From positions 1 to 64,000 of the forward strand of contig CAJNYD010000050.1 of assembly GCA_905331295.1 (NCBI GenBank): a stretch of 64,000 bases of DNA, written 5' to 3'. The position numbers and the translations under genes were made by a program. Source of the stretch: Rotaria socialis. Taxonomy: Eukaryota. Below are positions 22,617-42,674 of this stretch, piece after piece; the first letter of the stretch is position 1; each line of letters begins with the position of its first letter. Below the pieces are notes generated by a model. It worked only from the letters and a program-made list of their open reading frames with translations, was not told where the DNA came from and searched no databases.

Positions 22617-23936
22617 TCATATCAAATCATAATATATGCCCATCTTTGGATCGTAGAAACGTTCGAGTGTTGCATCATAACATAAATGCATTGAATCATT
22701 ATTGATCATAGGTTGAAGTGGCTCATCATATTCATCAATTGAGGTTTGTTTTTTAATCATACCTGTTGAATTCAATTTAAATGACAAACATGACTCAGCA
22801 TCTGTACTAGTCCCTCCCATAGTATTATTATTATCAGAAACGATCGTTGTCAATAATTTTGGTATTCGAGCATTAGCACTTGAACGCATTTCTAATAGAT
22901 AATTTTTCCGAATATCTTTTTTTGCTGCTAACTCTTTAGCAACGTTAATTGTACGTGGCGATAATTTAAATGTTCCTGTCTCAATTAGACTAGGAGCCAC
23001 ATATTCGTATCTACTTGCATCGAATGTGCTTGTCGATTGAGTTTGTGTTGAAACTTCACCTGGACTACATTCATTTTGTAAGTTCATCTCAGCTAGAACA
23101 GCAAGTAATTGGAATGAATCCACCATATCAGCTTCCACATTATCTGATGATTGAGAACTCCGCAATGAATTTAAAACTTTAGTATCTGCAGGTGAAGATC
23201 CGTTTGAATTATTTGAACGAATAATTGGACTTCCTCGTATTTCTACTGGATTATTGGCAGATATTGGCGATGAGGTTTGCATGCTCCGTGGTGATAAATC
23301 ATGACACAATAAAATAGCGCTTCTTTGTTTTTGAACAAGTTCAGGAACTTTAAATTTCTCTTGTTCTTTTAAACGATCTTTTAACGACTCTATTTGTTGT
23401 TCATTACGTTTTAAAACATAATTGCTTCTTATAGAATGAGTATTTTTCTTGTCATAGTCATCATCATCACCATCATGATGTGAACGTGATGCCAATGCAA
23501 CATTAGCGGATGATGTTTTCTTTTTAGTTGATTTTGATCTTGGAAACTCCCGATAAGAAGTTTCATCAGGTGCTGATGATATACGTTGATGTAAACGATT
23601 ATTTTGTACCAATTTCTTATCTCGTTGAAGCTCACGTGGTGGATTACTATGTGTATAGGTTTGTCGTGTAGGTTGTGTTGATGCACGTTCACATGCATTC
23701 GGACGATCACGCGACATTGATCTTGCCGAATCTTCTACTATAAAAGACAGTTTAGCATCAGTCGAATTTCTTGGTAGTGATTCACGTTTAGGTGGTGTTG
23801 GATTAATGGAATGACCGTCTTTTAATGGAATATTAGAACGAATATTATTCGTTTCAATTACTGTTGGTGATCTTTTAACATTTCGTCGTGAAAATGACGT
23901 CGAAGTATGATTATTTTGATAAGTAGTTGTAGACAT
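22617..23936 (-). CDS. Intronless 439-aa, largely disordered protein with a CFAP20DC/C3orf67-like C-terminal motif
   Basis: Long open frame, S/R/N-rich. Ends LCYDATLERFYDPKMGIYYDLI, resembling the CFAP20DC terminal LxYDPxLxxYFDPxTGKYYEL motif as I recall it. Internal DSFQLLAVLAEMNLQNE helix. Confidence 0.7.
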   Translation of the reverse strand: MSTTTYQNNHTSTSFSRRNVKRSPTVIETNNIRSNIPLKDGHSINPTPPKRESLPRNSTDAKLSFIVEDSARSMSRDRPNACERASTQPTRQTYTHSNPPRELQRDKKLVQNNRLHQRISSAPDETSYREFPRSKSTKKKTSSANVALASRSHHDGDDDDYDKKNTHSIRSNYVLKRNEQQIESLKDRLKEQEKFKVPELVQKQRSAILLCHDLSPRSMQTSSPISANNPVEIRGSPIIRSNNSNGSSPADTKVLNSLRSSQSSDNVEADMVDSFQLLAVLAEMNLQNECSPGEVSTQTQSTSTFDASRYEYVAPSLIETGTFKLSPRTINVAKELAAKKDIRKNYLLEMRSSANARIPKLLTTIVSDNNNTMGGTSTDAESCLSFKLNSTGMIKKQTSIDEYDEPLQPMINNDSMHLCYDATLERFYDPKMGIYYDLI

Positions 23937-26589
23937 AATACTGCTACTATCTTATTTCGAGTATACCGACATAATAAATATGAAAAACAAGAAAAATATT
24001 TTTATTTATTTATTTTCTATTTCATTTTATATGGCTTATGTTGTGAAACACATATAGAGACGGATTGGCAACGATGATGATGATGACGATGATGATGCAG
24101 TGTAGCGCAATAAGAAAAAATTTTGCGTTTTTTGTTCTATTCTTTTCTTTTAAGTTTTGAAAATAAATAACAACCAACAGAATTGAGTGAATTTTCATTT
24201 TATTTTTAGGCAGTCTCAAGAGTTAGATCGCTCGTCATTGAAATTTTTTGCTTATTTCTTTCGAAAAATTGACGCCTTACATTATTGGTTGGCAGAAGAA
24301 ACCAGCCGTTCATACATGTAAAACATGTGTTCAATATCTGTTCAGACTTTCAATGACATCTATCGTAGATCTTCCACTTCAAAGTATGGTTTTTGAATAA
24401 AAATAAAATCATTATTGATAACTCAACATGTAATAAGTGAAAGATATCGGATAGTTTCTCTCGGGAATGACGCGATCGTTTGAACTTTGGAGGTGTTTAA
24501 AGTTATATGCTTCAAGTTAGCGTGTCTGAAAAAGAAAAGCTTCATCATGCGTTCATACTTTGTATTTATTTCTCGTCTTCTCAACTAAACAGAAATTTTT
24601 TAAGGTTTCCGAATATTGCTGGGTGTTTCACCCCAGACACTTCTACCGTACGGTCTCTACAGTCATGATGGAGTGTCGATGTGAGACTCTGCTTGATGGA
24701 AGCGTTTCATTCGATGCACACCCACACCCACACCCACCCAAAATTACTTACAATTTATGTACTGATAGATTTTTAGCGAACAAAAAAAACAGTTATGATC
24801 ACCCATATATTTATTAGTTTCGTTCTATATTTTCCAGAATTGTGATATAAATCTCACGTATCCAATATCTTTTTTCGTACTTTTGATAAGGTTTCAATAG
24901 GAAATCTATTGCAAGTACACAATTATGATTCATTCAATCTGGACAACAACAAGTATATTCAAAATAACTTCGTACTTGATAGACACAGGTTGCACTTCAA
25001 TATGGCAGCGATGAATTCTATATAGATAAACATATGCTTGAAGAAGATGATAGAAACAATAATGGTAAGTTGAATCAAAACGAATACTCTATTGTAGATG
25101 ATGAATCTATACTGCATAGCTCGATTAATAAAATAGGACAATCTATTTAGGATGACAAAGATTCAATTAGTAGAAGCGTTTTCGGCAAATAAAGAAAGGC
25201 TAAATGGAAAATTATTCACTAGGAAATCAAATTGAATCCTACTTTAACGATTCTGATGGATTTCATTAATGTTGTGAAAATAAATTAGATGCGGAAAAAA
25301 CAAGAAATACGATTTCATGTCATAAAATTGTAGCATGGCGAATCTCATTATAATAGACAAGAATACTAGTGCTCATGCAAACTAAACACGAGGCTACATT
25401 TTCAACAAAAGACAAAGACTAAATCAATCATTCTTTATATATAATAAAATCTGTAGTCAATGCAAGTCTATAGAAAAGTTTTTAGAAATGTTCGAATTCG
25501 ATCTCATCAATTTTACTTTGCTAAATTGTGGTTAAAAAATATATAAGTACGGCCAAAACAAACTGAAGACAATGCGAAAACATTTAAAATATTACATATC
25601 TTTGAATATCAAGTAAACGAAATGCATTCTCAATTAAGTGTTATACAAAAGCTATAGAAAATTGAATACTCGTCAAAAGTTTGTAATGTAAAAGTAAAAC
25701 AAAAGAACAACACTACGCCTTATAGCTCATTAGTCTCTCAAGAGCGCTATGGTTGGCATCCGACAATGCTGTTCGATTTTTATTTTTTTCGAAATACTTA
25801 ATAGTTGATTCTAGCTGTATCAACTTCGAAGTTCAAAAAATGGCTTGATGTTGTGCAAGTTTTTCATCGAGTATTTCAGCGACATACCCTTTCATTCGAT
25901 TGAAATTTTAAAAAATTTCGAATGAAGAATTACTGTTATAAGTAGTTAATGATTGATACCGATGCTCAAGAATGAAATTAAACACAAAAATGTATATTCA
26001 TGATTGACCTTTTCTATGCCATTATTCATACCTTAAATATAATATTTATCTAGTTTTCATGTGTTAGTGCGATTAGAATCATTTATTATTCTGAGAATTA
26101 TAACGTTTGACAGCTATTATGGTTAGACTTATGAATATCTTGCTAAGCTTTGTTTTGTTCAATATTTCATTGCTTCAATGGAAGCCTAATCAATGATAAG
26201 AAATGTGTCAACAAGTTCTAAAACATTTCAGCGTTTTTTTTTTATCTCTGTCATAGATGTCGTTACCTATTTGAATATTTTTTATTGAAAAACATGAATC
26301 CATAAAAATTAAAAAAATAACGAATTCCCAACTGAATGAAATTTTTCTGTTTTTTTTTAGTTAAATCTATATTGAAAAATATTTCGATAAACAACAAATG
26401 AATCGATTGACTTTTTGCTTTTTTTCTTCTTCCTCTCTCTCTATTCTACTTTTGGCTTGATGAGTCATATAAATCAATAGTTGAATGAATGAATGAAACC
26501 CTTTACACGTACGTAATGTAATTTTCTATTTGAACATATGAACATATTTTTTAGAAAATGAGCCATTTTCTACGAATTTTAACAAAAAA

Positions 26590-34171
<7,582 letters not shown>

Positions 34172-34700
34172 TCGTGTAAAATTCATTGTCTCCTTACTTT
34201 GTTTTTTTAGACAAATTATTTCTTCATGATATAGTTCAACCAATGTCAACTGTCTTGTTTTCTTTTTCTTTTCTAAAATATGTTTCTGTCGATTGACAAA
34301 AATTTTTTTGTTACACTTCTCTGTCTCTCTATTCCTTTCTATTTATAAAACAGCGAATGCTCTCACTATCTTTGTTTCTTTTTTGGCCATTGTGCAAATC
34401 AATGTATAAATCGTGTATGAGATGCAAACATTACAATAAAATTTATCCTTCTTTCTTGTTAGACACATACATAAGGGATTTTGACTAAATCGTAATGCGT
34501 TTCGCGTCTGTTTTTTTTCCCTTTTGGTTTTGTGATTTTTCTTTACTTTATGTGTACGTATGTGTATGAGTGTGGTTCGATCATATTTTGTTGTCTATAA
34601 AAAAAAAACATAATGAACGGACTCAAGTCCTGCTAATAGAAGATAAGAAATAAAATAAAGAATCTGAGAGACTCTGAATGGTCATCTCTATTGAATGGTA

Positions 34701-36056
34701 TTATGATTGTCTAGACCATGGTTTATTCGACTCGAGTATATGAGCCATAGATAGTATTGCATCGCAGTTATCACCATAAGGTTCACTAAGTCTTGAAGCT
34801 AGCGGTGGATTGAGTGTTATATCATCTGGTGTAGTTTCATTATCATCATCGTTTTCAGATTCTTCGTCTAAACCAAGTAAAAAATGTACATGATTTTTTC
34901 CAGTTGCCAATTTGAGAAATGGTTCATTTTCATCCGGATTATTAATACTCTTGTTTAATGGTATTGATGGTTCGTTGAGAACAATAGCTGGAGATGATAT
35001 AATGCGTTTTTTAAGTATATTCTTTTCCGGATATACATGGCCATTCGTTCTAATATGTTTTTGGTCAGCTATTGTATCGCTCAAATTCAAAGATTGCCGT
35101 ACAAGACTGACTGATGATAGTGTCGAACGAAGTTTTTGTGCTTTATTTACTAAATGCTGATGAAGAATATGTGCTAGACGACGTTTTTTTATAGAAAATA
35201 AAGTTTGCAAAATAACAAGAAATCCAATAATTATTGAATACTGTGTTAAAATAAATATAACACCACGTTCTGGAGCTTTTGAATGATCATGCAATAAATC
35301 TTGACATATAAATAGATCTGGCATTTGTATTGATACATTTGATTGATAATAATATATACATATAGAATATGTTTCCTTTGGATTTAATCGACGTAATATT
35401 AATTTATTCGAATAGAATTCACCAATACTTGGTGGTGGTGGTTTTATCATTAATGGTTCGATTGGAAGGACTTTTTTCATATCTGTTTTGTATTGTCGTA
35501 TAGTAAAACGAAAATATTTTAACAAAAAAATTGATTGAATTGTACGTGATGGAACAGAAAGCATAGTTGGATATAGTTTTACTCTATTATCATTAAGATA
35601 AGACTTTCGTTTTTCATTTATTGACTCGGATAATGAAAATAGAGAAAATACTGCATGAACAGTTTCTTTATCAGTAAATGTCCAGTTAGCTTCATACTGC
35701 GGTCCCGAATGAAATTCTTCTGTTTTTATATCTGATGCTTGATGTAGCTTGTCGGCATAAGCATTATCATATATTGGCGCCGCTGCATCATTTGTAGTTT
35801 CATTTTCAGGTATTATTGACGATGAATTGCTTGGCGGTACGATGGTTTCCGTAGCGTTTTCAATAAAAGTCTGATAAATTACAAAATTAATCATATTTTA
35901 TTATTTAGTTCTGCTGCTTACTTGTTCAAAAGAAGAATTTATCTGATTGACATTGAGCACTGAAGCTGTTGTTACCAACCGTTCTATAACATTGCCTTTT
36001 ATTATTGATGCGAACAATAGAAATAATAAACACTTTCTAATACACATCTTTATCAT
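34701..36056 (-). CDS. Uncharacterised type I membrane protein (~434 aa): signal peptide, possible FN3-like domain, one TM, cytoplasmic tail
   Basis: Exon 36056-35922 (MIKMCIRKCLLFLLFASIIKG..., signal-like) splices in frame via GTAAGC...CAG to exon 35870-34701. LILRRLNPKETYSICIYY resembles FN3 E-F strands. TM GVIFILTQYSIIIGFLVILQTLFSI is followed by KKRR. Confidence 0.8.
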
Positions 36057-36870
36057 ATCTATGTATTAAATAGGAGTTTTCCTTCAGTTCGCCAATAAAT
36101 ACAAACAAGTCTTAGCCGGTCAATTTCCAACCGATGGTTCAATGCGGCCTATCTTACAAAATGTTGATAGATTTGTATCGAGTGGACAGTGAAAAAGAAA
36201 TAAGAGTGAAGCGACAAGGGGGAGATACAACGAATGGGATAAAAAGAAATGAGAAAGAATGAATGTGCTCGCTGTGAGATACAGTAAGAGAAAAAAAGAG
36301 AAGAAATAGTTTATGTGAAGATGCACGCATCAATACAATGACACAGAGTACGTGTCTCCATTCGGAATACAAGCAAGGGCAAAGCGAGCGATGGAGAATA
36401 TTCAGTGGTTCGATTTTCAAATATAACGAGGACAACAAATGTCATTTAGTAAATTATGTGGCCAATAGTGTTTCATTGTATTTGAGCAATTCTTTTCTTA
36501 ATATTCTATCATACAATACGCAGTTGATTTCATTCAAAACAGTATTATTTACCAAATTAAAAACTTGAGTTAGTTACATTTACAAAAATTTCACATGCTA
36601 TATTTACATGAAGCTGTTTTCATCGAGTTGTCTGAAAAACAAAACATCGTCTCCATATTATTGTTATAATAATATATTCGATAATGTGATTTAATTTATT
36701 TTCAAATGTAAAAATTCTATCATCAATTATTTTTCGAAAATTTTATATTCATTAAAAGATATTTTTCTCAAGTTTATTCGCTTAGAATCTTCTTTAGTTT
36801 TAAGTTAGTTCTTTTTAACAAAATAAACTATATATATATATAGGTAAAATAATGAATAATGATTATTTTC

Positions 36871-37169
36871 CAAGGGGGAAAAAGCTGATTCTATGATTCC
36901 AGTAATATAAAATCAATTGTTTTCTCTTTGATTTTTGTATGACTAAACAAAAACCAATGTCAGATTCGTGCTCAGAATGAAAAACTAATTGTAATCAAGA
37001 AGAAAACAGCTGAATCCAGGACATTGAAATCAATGGAATCACCAGGATCATATGGAATCAGTAGAATCATCCAGGAATCACTAGAACTCACTGAAGAATC
37101 TCAGTGATTCCGAGTGATTCGGTTGATTCCAATGATTTTATCACCACAGAATCAGCTTTCCTCCTCTTG
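36871..37169. mobile_element. hAT-type MITE (299 bp) with a perfect 8-bp TSD
   Basis: TTATTTTC at both 36863-36870 and 37170-37177. Imperfect TIRs CAAGGGGGAAAAAGCTGATTCT / AGAATCAGCTTTCCTCCTCTTG. Internal GAATCA repeats flip to TGATTC. Confidence 0.8.
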
Positions 37170-37361
37170 TTATTTTCACTATAATACATCGCATGCAAGA
37201 AAAACAAAAGAATATATTCCTTCAAGAGCATAATCTATCATTCTCGACTGTTTCTTTTCATTTGATAGACGCGCCCATATTCTAAATATAGGCTGCTCAC
37301 ACCAAATAAATAATAAAAACTATGAAGATATTTTTGTTATTTTTGAAATTTCTTTTCTCTA

Positions 37362-38918
37362 ATGAAAGAATCCTCTGCACAAAACAACAATGCATTATAT
37401 TCATCAGCACACTCTAGAGAATCGCATGTAATTGGGCGATCTAAGATAATTAACAATTATAACAATGAAATGTCATATTTATCATATAATTCTCCAACTT
37501 TGAATATGATTCGTTCTATTGTTGAGGAATTATATCAAATACATAATGAAGAAAATCGATCGACAAATGAACCGAAAGAAAGACGTGCTCATTTTACTCT
37601 CAAACATGAAATAGATAAAACTAAATTAAATATTTCAAATGAATTAGAATTGACTGAATCGTCAATTGAAAATACTTCAGAAAAACAAAAATCATCTATT
37701 AGATATCAACCAATTTTATCTGACTCTACAGCTATTGTCTGTTGCTTAAATAAGGGTCGATCAAAAATTGATCGTTGTGTATCAACAGACGATCGTTGTA
37801 CTCTTCAATGTGAATGTGCTACACAAACGATGAATGTCACAAACTTACCAGAACACAATCATTCACTAATGACCTTATTAACAGGCAATCGTGATGGTCA
37901 AACAAGTAACGATTCTCCGCAATCGAGAAGTCATATCACGTTATCGACAATGTCGATTTCTTCTAAGTAAAAACAATCTATCATGAGATGATTGCATGAG
38001 TGAATCCTTGTTTTCTTCAACATTTTAATAATCCAACATTCTAATAGGTTTCATGATAAGCTTATTTTTTCCGTTTATGGCATCGTTTTTTCGATGACAT
38101 ACATCAATTATTTGAATTCCAGTAATTATATCGTATTTGATAGAAAATTACGGTTAATCAAAAGAAAAAAAAATGTTCACATTATGAAAAAGAACCATTC
38201 TAGTGTTCGATAAAGTTTTCTACTTTCTTGATTAAAAAAAGGATTTGCAATCTATATTGAACTTTCTTTAAGTATTTTCCATATAGTGTAGCTTACTTAT
38301 AGATCAACAGACAGCGATCATCCTTCTTCATGGCCAACATTAAATCATGAGAACTTCTTAAAGGCTTCAGTTCATCCTTGTGAAAATGATAATGTAGTAC
38401 CATCATTGAATATAGCACATCAACTAAGAATACCAACTCAAGCAAAAATCTATGATCTATGTCAAGAACAAACATTAGACAATTATGATACGTTCATGGA
38501 TCTTAATATGAACATTTTCAATTGTTCATCCCAATTGAATGATCTTGATATATTATCGAGATCTAATAAAAGATTTTCAGATGAAAATATGACAAAGACA
38601 AATTTAAAATATTGTACATGTTCGAAACAAAGTTTACCTGAGAATGATTTCTCGATGTTAAAATTCACTTTACCGCATCAGGATAAATCACTTAAAGAAC
38701 TTCATGTATCGAAACGTTCTCTTCAATTAATGCATAACGATAATCTCTTCTATGTTCGAGATCTTGTGTTAGTTTTTCGAAGAAATATTTCTCAATTTTA
38801 TGAAATTCTTCTAAAACGCTATTATTTATCAAAAACACAAGCCAAATTATTGGTAAAAATTATGAATAACTGGTGGAAAAAACATCAAACAAAATTTATT
38901 GCGTTACATGAAAAATGA
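37362..38918 (+). CDS. Uncharacterised two-exon gene (~406 aa), possibly extending to 39093 through a frameshift
   Basis: Exon 37362-37966 (phase 2, GTAAAA donor) joins exon 38303-38918 (TATAG acceptor) in frame, linking the 202-aa and 170-aa ORFs. No domain recognised. Confidence 0.6.
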
Positions 38919-41168
38919 TAAAACCGTAATATTAAATATTGACAATCAAATTCTTGTTGATATCCTCTCTCAATCATCAAATTGTAATAATATTCAATTA
39001 ACTACGATTAATAGAAATTATCAATCTTTTCAATTAATAATCAATTGGCGTACACGAATAATATTTATTTCTGATAACAGACATAAATGTTGATTTCGTT
39101 AGTTTCTACGAGTTTTGGCCAAGAACAAAATGTATATAACAATATCAAATTATGAATAATACACTTTTGCAACAATAGAAGTCAATTAGAAACTAGTATA
39201 ATATTATAGTACGAGACGATTCAGAAATCTATTGCCAAAGAAAAGACAATTCACACAAATGTAACTAAAAACTATCGGATCTAGTTTGAAAGACGACTCG
39301 TTAGTTTCTTAAAATAATACGAATTAAAATCGGTGATGAAGTATATTTTGACAAGTAGAGTAACTGATTAGAGCACTGGTCTATTTTGAATCAAATTTAT
39401 ATCATTTTTGAAAAACAATTATTCGATTAGCACTGAAGAATAATCAGAAGTGTAAATACATAGTTGGCCTGTACGTGTGAGAATTTGTTTTTTCTCACAG
39501 TTGGATTTCATTACTCGACAGTGAGCTGAACAAATTGAGAAGTCTTATCAAAAACAAATCTTATGCTGAGCGAATCAGAATGCAGAATATTTGTTAAGTG
39601 TTTAGGCATCGATCAATTTTTCTATTTATTTAGGCAACGCCTTTTTTATGTGTTTTTGTTTCGGGAGATTTTTGTACTGAGTGACATTCGAATATTTTCT
39701 TTTCTACATCGACACTCAACAATAAACTACATATAATTGCAATTAAAAATACAGTTGTTGACAACAAAAGAATGAAAACAAAGAATCTAACAACTTTAGA
39801 CATTATATTGTTACCATTGTCAGATATGATTTGACTCTCGTTGATATGATGACTCAAATTTGGTAATGTTCAATATTTCATCTCATACTTGGTTTATTTT
39901 TCTTGAATTCCTTCAAAATGACATGTTTCCTTTCTCTTCACCAAGACGAAAAAAATTCTCATAATTTGCACTTGTAAAAGAAAAATTGATAATGGGAATA
40001 CATGGACAATTTCTACATAACTCAACAGTTTTGAGTTTTCTGCTGTGAACAAAATTCTTTCAGTACGCTTAGGAATAAAATTAAAATGTTTACCTTCAAT
40101 CATCCCATTAAATATTATCAGACGAACAAAATATTGTTATATTAAATCAGATTTTAACTAGAAATTCTTTCATTCTCGAGCTTACAAGACTGAAAACATA
40201 GATGAAGAACACAAGGAGCTGCTACTCTCTTCGCCGAGTTTCACTTTATCTCGAATCAGTTGTTACAACACAGTAAGTTAGCTATCATGAATATTAAAAT
40301 ACTTAGAATTTACATAGATTTTATAGAATTGCCTTAAAAAAGCATCTCTCTACATTTAGAAGAAGAAAAGACTCATCTGTGAATTAAACTTAAATGAATA
40401 GGGTCGTACAGTCCATTATCTTCGGTTCATTGACTTTTGTGCTTTAGCATCATTTTATTTTCAAAATATTCGTACTTATTCATTTGACGCAGATATTCAT
40501 TCATGAATCAGATAAGGAGTGTTTGTACTCTTTGAATTAAATCCTGGATCAATTGAAAACCAGTGAAAAAATGCTCAAATCATTTATCCTATGTATACTT
40601 TAATAAAGAAAAAAGAAAAAAAAACAAACATTACAAAGCAATGAGTCGACAGTTATTCGAAAGATTACACATATTGCTTGATGTATACAGAAAAAAAAGT
40701 CATGGCGATGGGAAACTCTTTTCAATTGATATTCAAGTTGTAAAGTACTAGATAATAGTCAGCCATAGGGATCAACTGGTTGACACAATAATTAAGACAA
40801 ACATCAAACTAGAATTGAAGGGTTTTTCATTAACACTGATTGGTCTTTATACGTGTAAAAATACTTCTCATATGAAAACTATCTTAAAAGAAAATATTCA
40901 TAAATATGTACAAAGAAATATTCTCTAGTACAAAAAATCTTCAATTTTTTTATTGTGTGCTGTAGTTTTGATGGTAAAGTCTTTTTGTTTGATTATAATA
41001 TCTGATCACTTTCTGTAGCAAAATATAAAATATATTTTGTTCGAAAGGCTTGAATTTGTAGTTTTTTTTTTTTGTTGAAAGTATCTTTTTTTTTTGTTAC
41101 AGGAGCGACAGTTATTAATAAACTAGTGCTTTGAATTTATTTGCACTTAAACAAAACATTTTACACTA

Positions 41169-42674
41169 CTATTGTGAATCAGTCGTTTTTGCCATTTGTA
41201 AAGGTGTTGGTGGACTCGATGAGTCTTCCATCGTTGTTAAAGGTAAAGTCTTTTTTCTTCGCGATTCATGAACAAGTAGCATTTGTTTAATATCATCAAT
41301 AGTTGTTGATTTAACTAATTTCTGACTTGATAATTGACGGGAAATACTTGATGAATGGGATGTTGAATGTAACGATAGATTATTTAAACGATGTTCTTCA
41401 TCTTGATCAACGTAAACTGTTGAACGCACAAACCAATGTGGTAATGGTTTCGGTTCGTATGATACTTTTTTATTAGCTAATTTCATTTTTGTTGATACTG
41501 GTTGTGATGCAACTTCAGCTGTTGTTTGAGCTATTTTCGTTGGTTTCTTGCCTGGCTTACCAGGACCACGTGATGACGATATAGTTGAATCTGTATTACT
41601 TGTTTCATCAATTTCCATATGTGAGTACTGATCATCATCGTCTTTTTCAATAACTATCTGTATATCATGATTGAGTGCTGTTGTACGATCAAATACATTC
41701 GATGCATGTGAACGATGAGCATTTGATGATATGACTTCTTTATTAATTTGATGATTCAATAATGAAGAATTTCCATTCTGTTGAAAAACATCTTGATCAG
41801 AAGAATTTTTCATTTGTTGATCGCTAGTCATGATTCTATCGATGTCTTCAAGAATTTCGAATAATGACTGCATTTCTTCATTAAATAAACTCATGTTAGC
41901 TGTTGGTCTATTTGTTGTTGTTGTTTCTTTTGTTTCAACATCTTCATGTACAATACCAGCACACATTAAACATACTAATGCGTTTTGTGTTACATCATAT
42001 AATTTTCCAATATCTAATTCAGTATATTCTTTTAAACATTGTTCACATTTATAATTCGATTGTCTATATGTTTGTTGTCGCTCTAAATTTTCTACATAAG
42101 TTTGCATATTAATTAAACGGTATTTAACAACGTTAATAAATGCTGTTGTATCAATTTTATAATAGTATTGATCTTGATTGCGTCGACCCGATGTACCATC
42201 ATTAGATTCGAGACGATGATCTTCGATTATAAATTTATCCCGTTTAAATTCTTGAATATAGGAACGAACTTGCTTTGGATCTAAACATAAACGATCAGCT
42301 AAATCTTGTTGTCGAATTCGTTCATGATGATAAATATATTCGATAACAAGAGATTTTGGAATATCATAAAATGTTCGCATTATACAACGAATTAATGCTT
42401 TGAGTGTTGCTCGTGGATCGTTTTTTTCATATTTTGGAAGAGTTACTCTATTGGATGAGGATGTTATGGTATTTGCGGTTGAAGCATTGGATTGTGGATT
42501 AGGAGGTCGTGTTGGTGGAGGAAGAGAAGAATTAAGATTTGTAAATGAACCACCACCAGCTGTAATCGACGCCATGTCGTTTTTGATTGAACTTATATCG
42601 GCAAAGACCATAATCGAGAGAAGAAAATTGTGGTTGAATCTATTGTTGATAGAAGAAAAAAAAACAAGAGTCAT
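41169..42674 (-). CDS. GTF2E1: General transcription factor IIE subunit alpha, intronless (true start may be a downstream Met near 42611 or 42575)
   Basis: Winged-helix region LKALIRCIMRTFY...DLADRLCLDPKQVR, YYYKIDTTAFINVVKYRL, zinc ribbon CEQCLKEYTELD...CLMCAGIVHED, FNEEMQSLFEIL, KPLPHWFVRSTV, IKQMLLVHE. Confidence 0.92.
   Translation of the reverse strand: MTLVFFSSINNRFNHNFLLSIMVFADISSIKNDMASITAGGGSFTNLNSSLPPPTRPPNPQSNASTANTITSSSNRVTLPKYEKNDPRATLKALIRCIMRTFYDIPKSLVIEYIYHHERIRQQDLADRLCLDPKQVRSYIQEFKRDKFIIEDHRLESNDGTSGRRNQDQYYYKIDTTAFINVVKYRLINMQTYVENLERQQTYRQSNYKCEQCLKEYTELDIGKLYDVTQNALVCLMCAGIVHEDVETKETTTTNRPTANMSLFNEEMQSLFEILEDIDRIMTSDQQMKNSSDQDVFQQNGNSSLLNHQINKEVISSNAHRSHASNVFDRTTALNHDIQIVIEKDDDDQYSHMEIDETSNTDSTISSSRGPGKPGKKPTKIAQTTAEVASQPVSTKMKLANKKVSYEPKPLPHWFVRSTVYVDQDEEHRLNNLSLHSTSHSSSISRQLSSQKLVKSTTIDDIKQMLLVHESRRKKTLPLTTMEDSSSPPTPLQMAKTTDSQ

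Noticed and set aside
39300..40103. Short minus-strand ORFs (75 aa with a TM-like segment; 69 aa), possibly a decayed gene
   Set aside because: No recognisable domain or consistent splice model; hydrophobic ORFs arise easily in AT-rich DNA.
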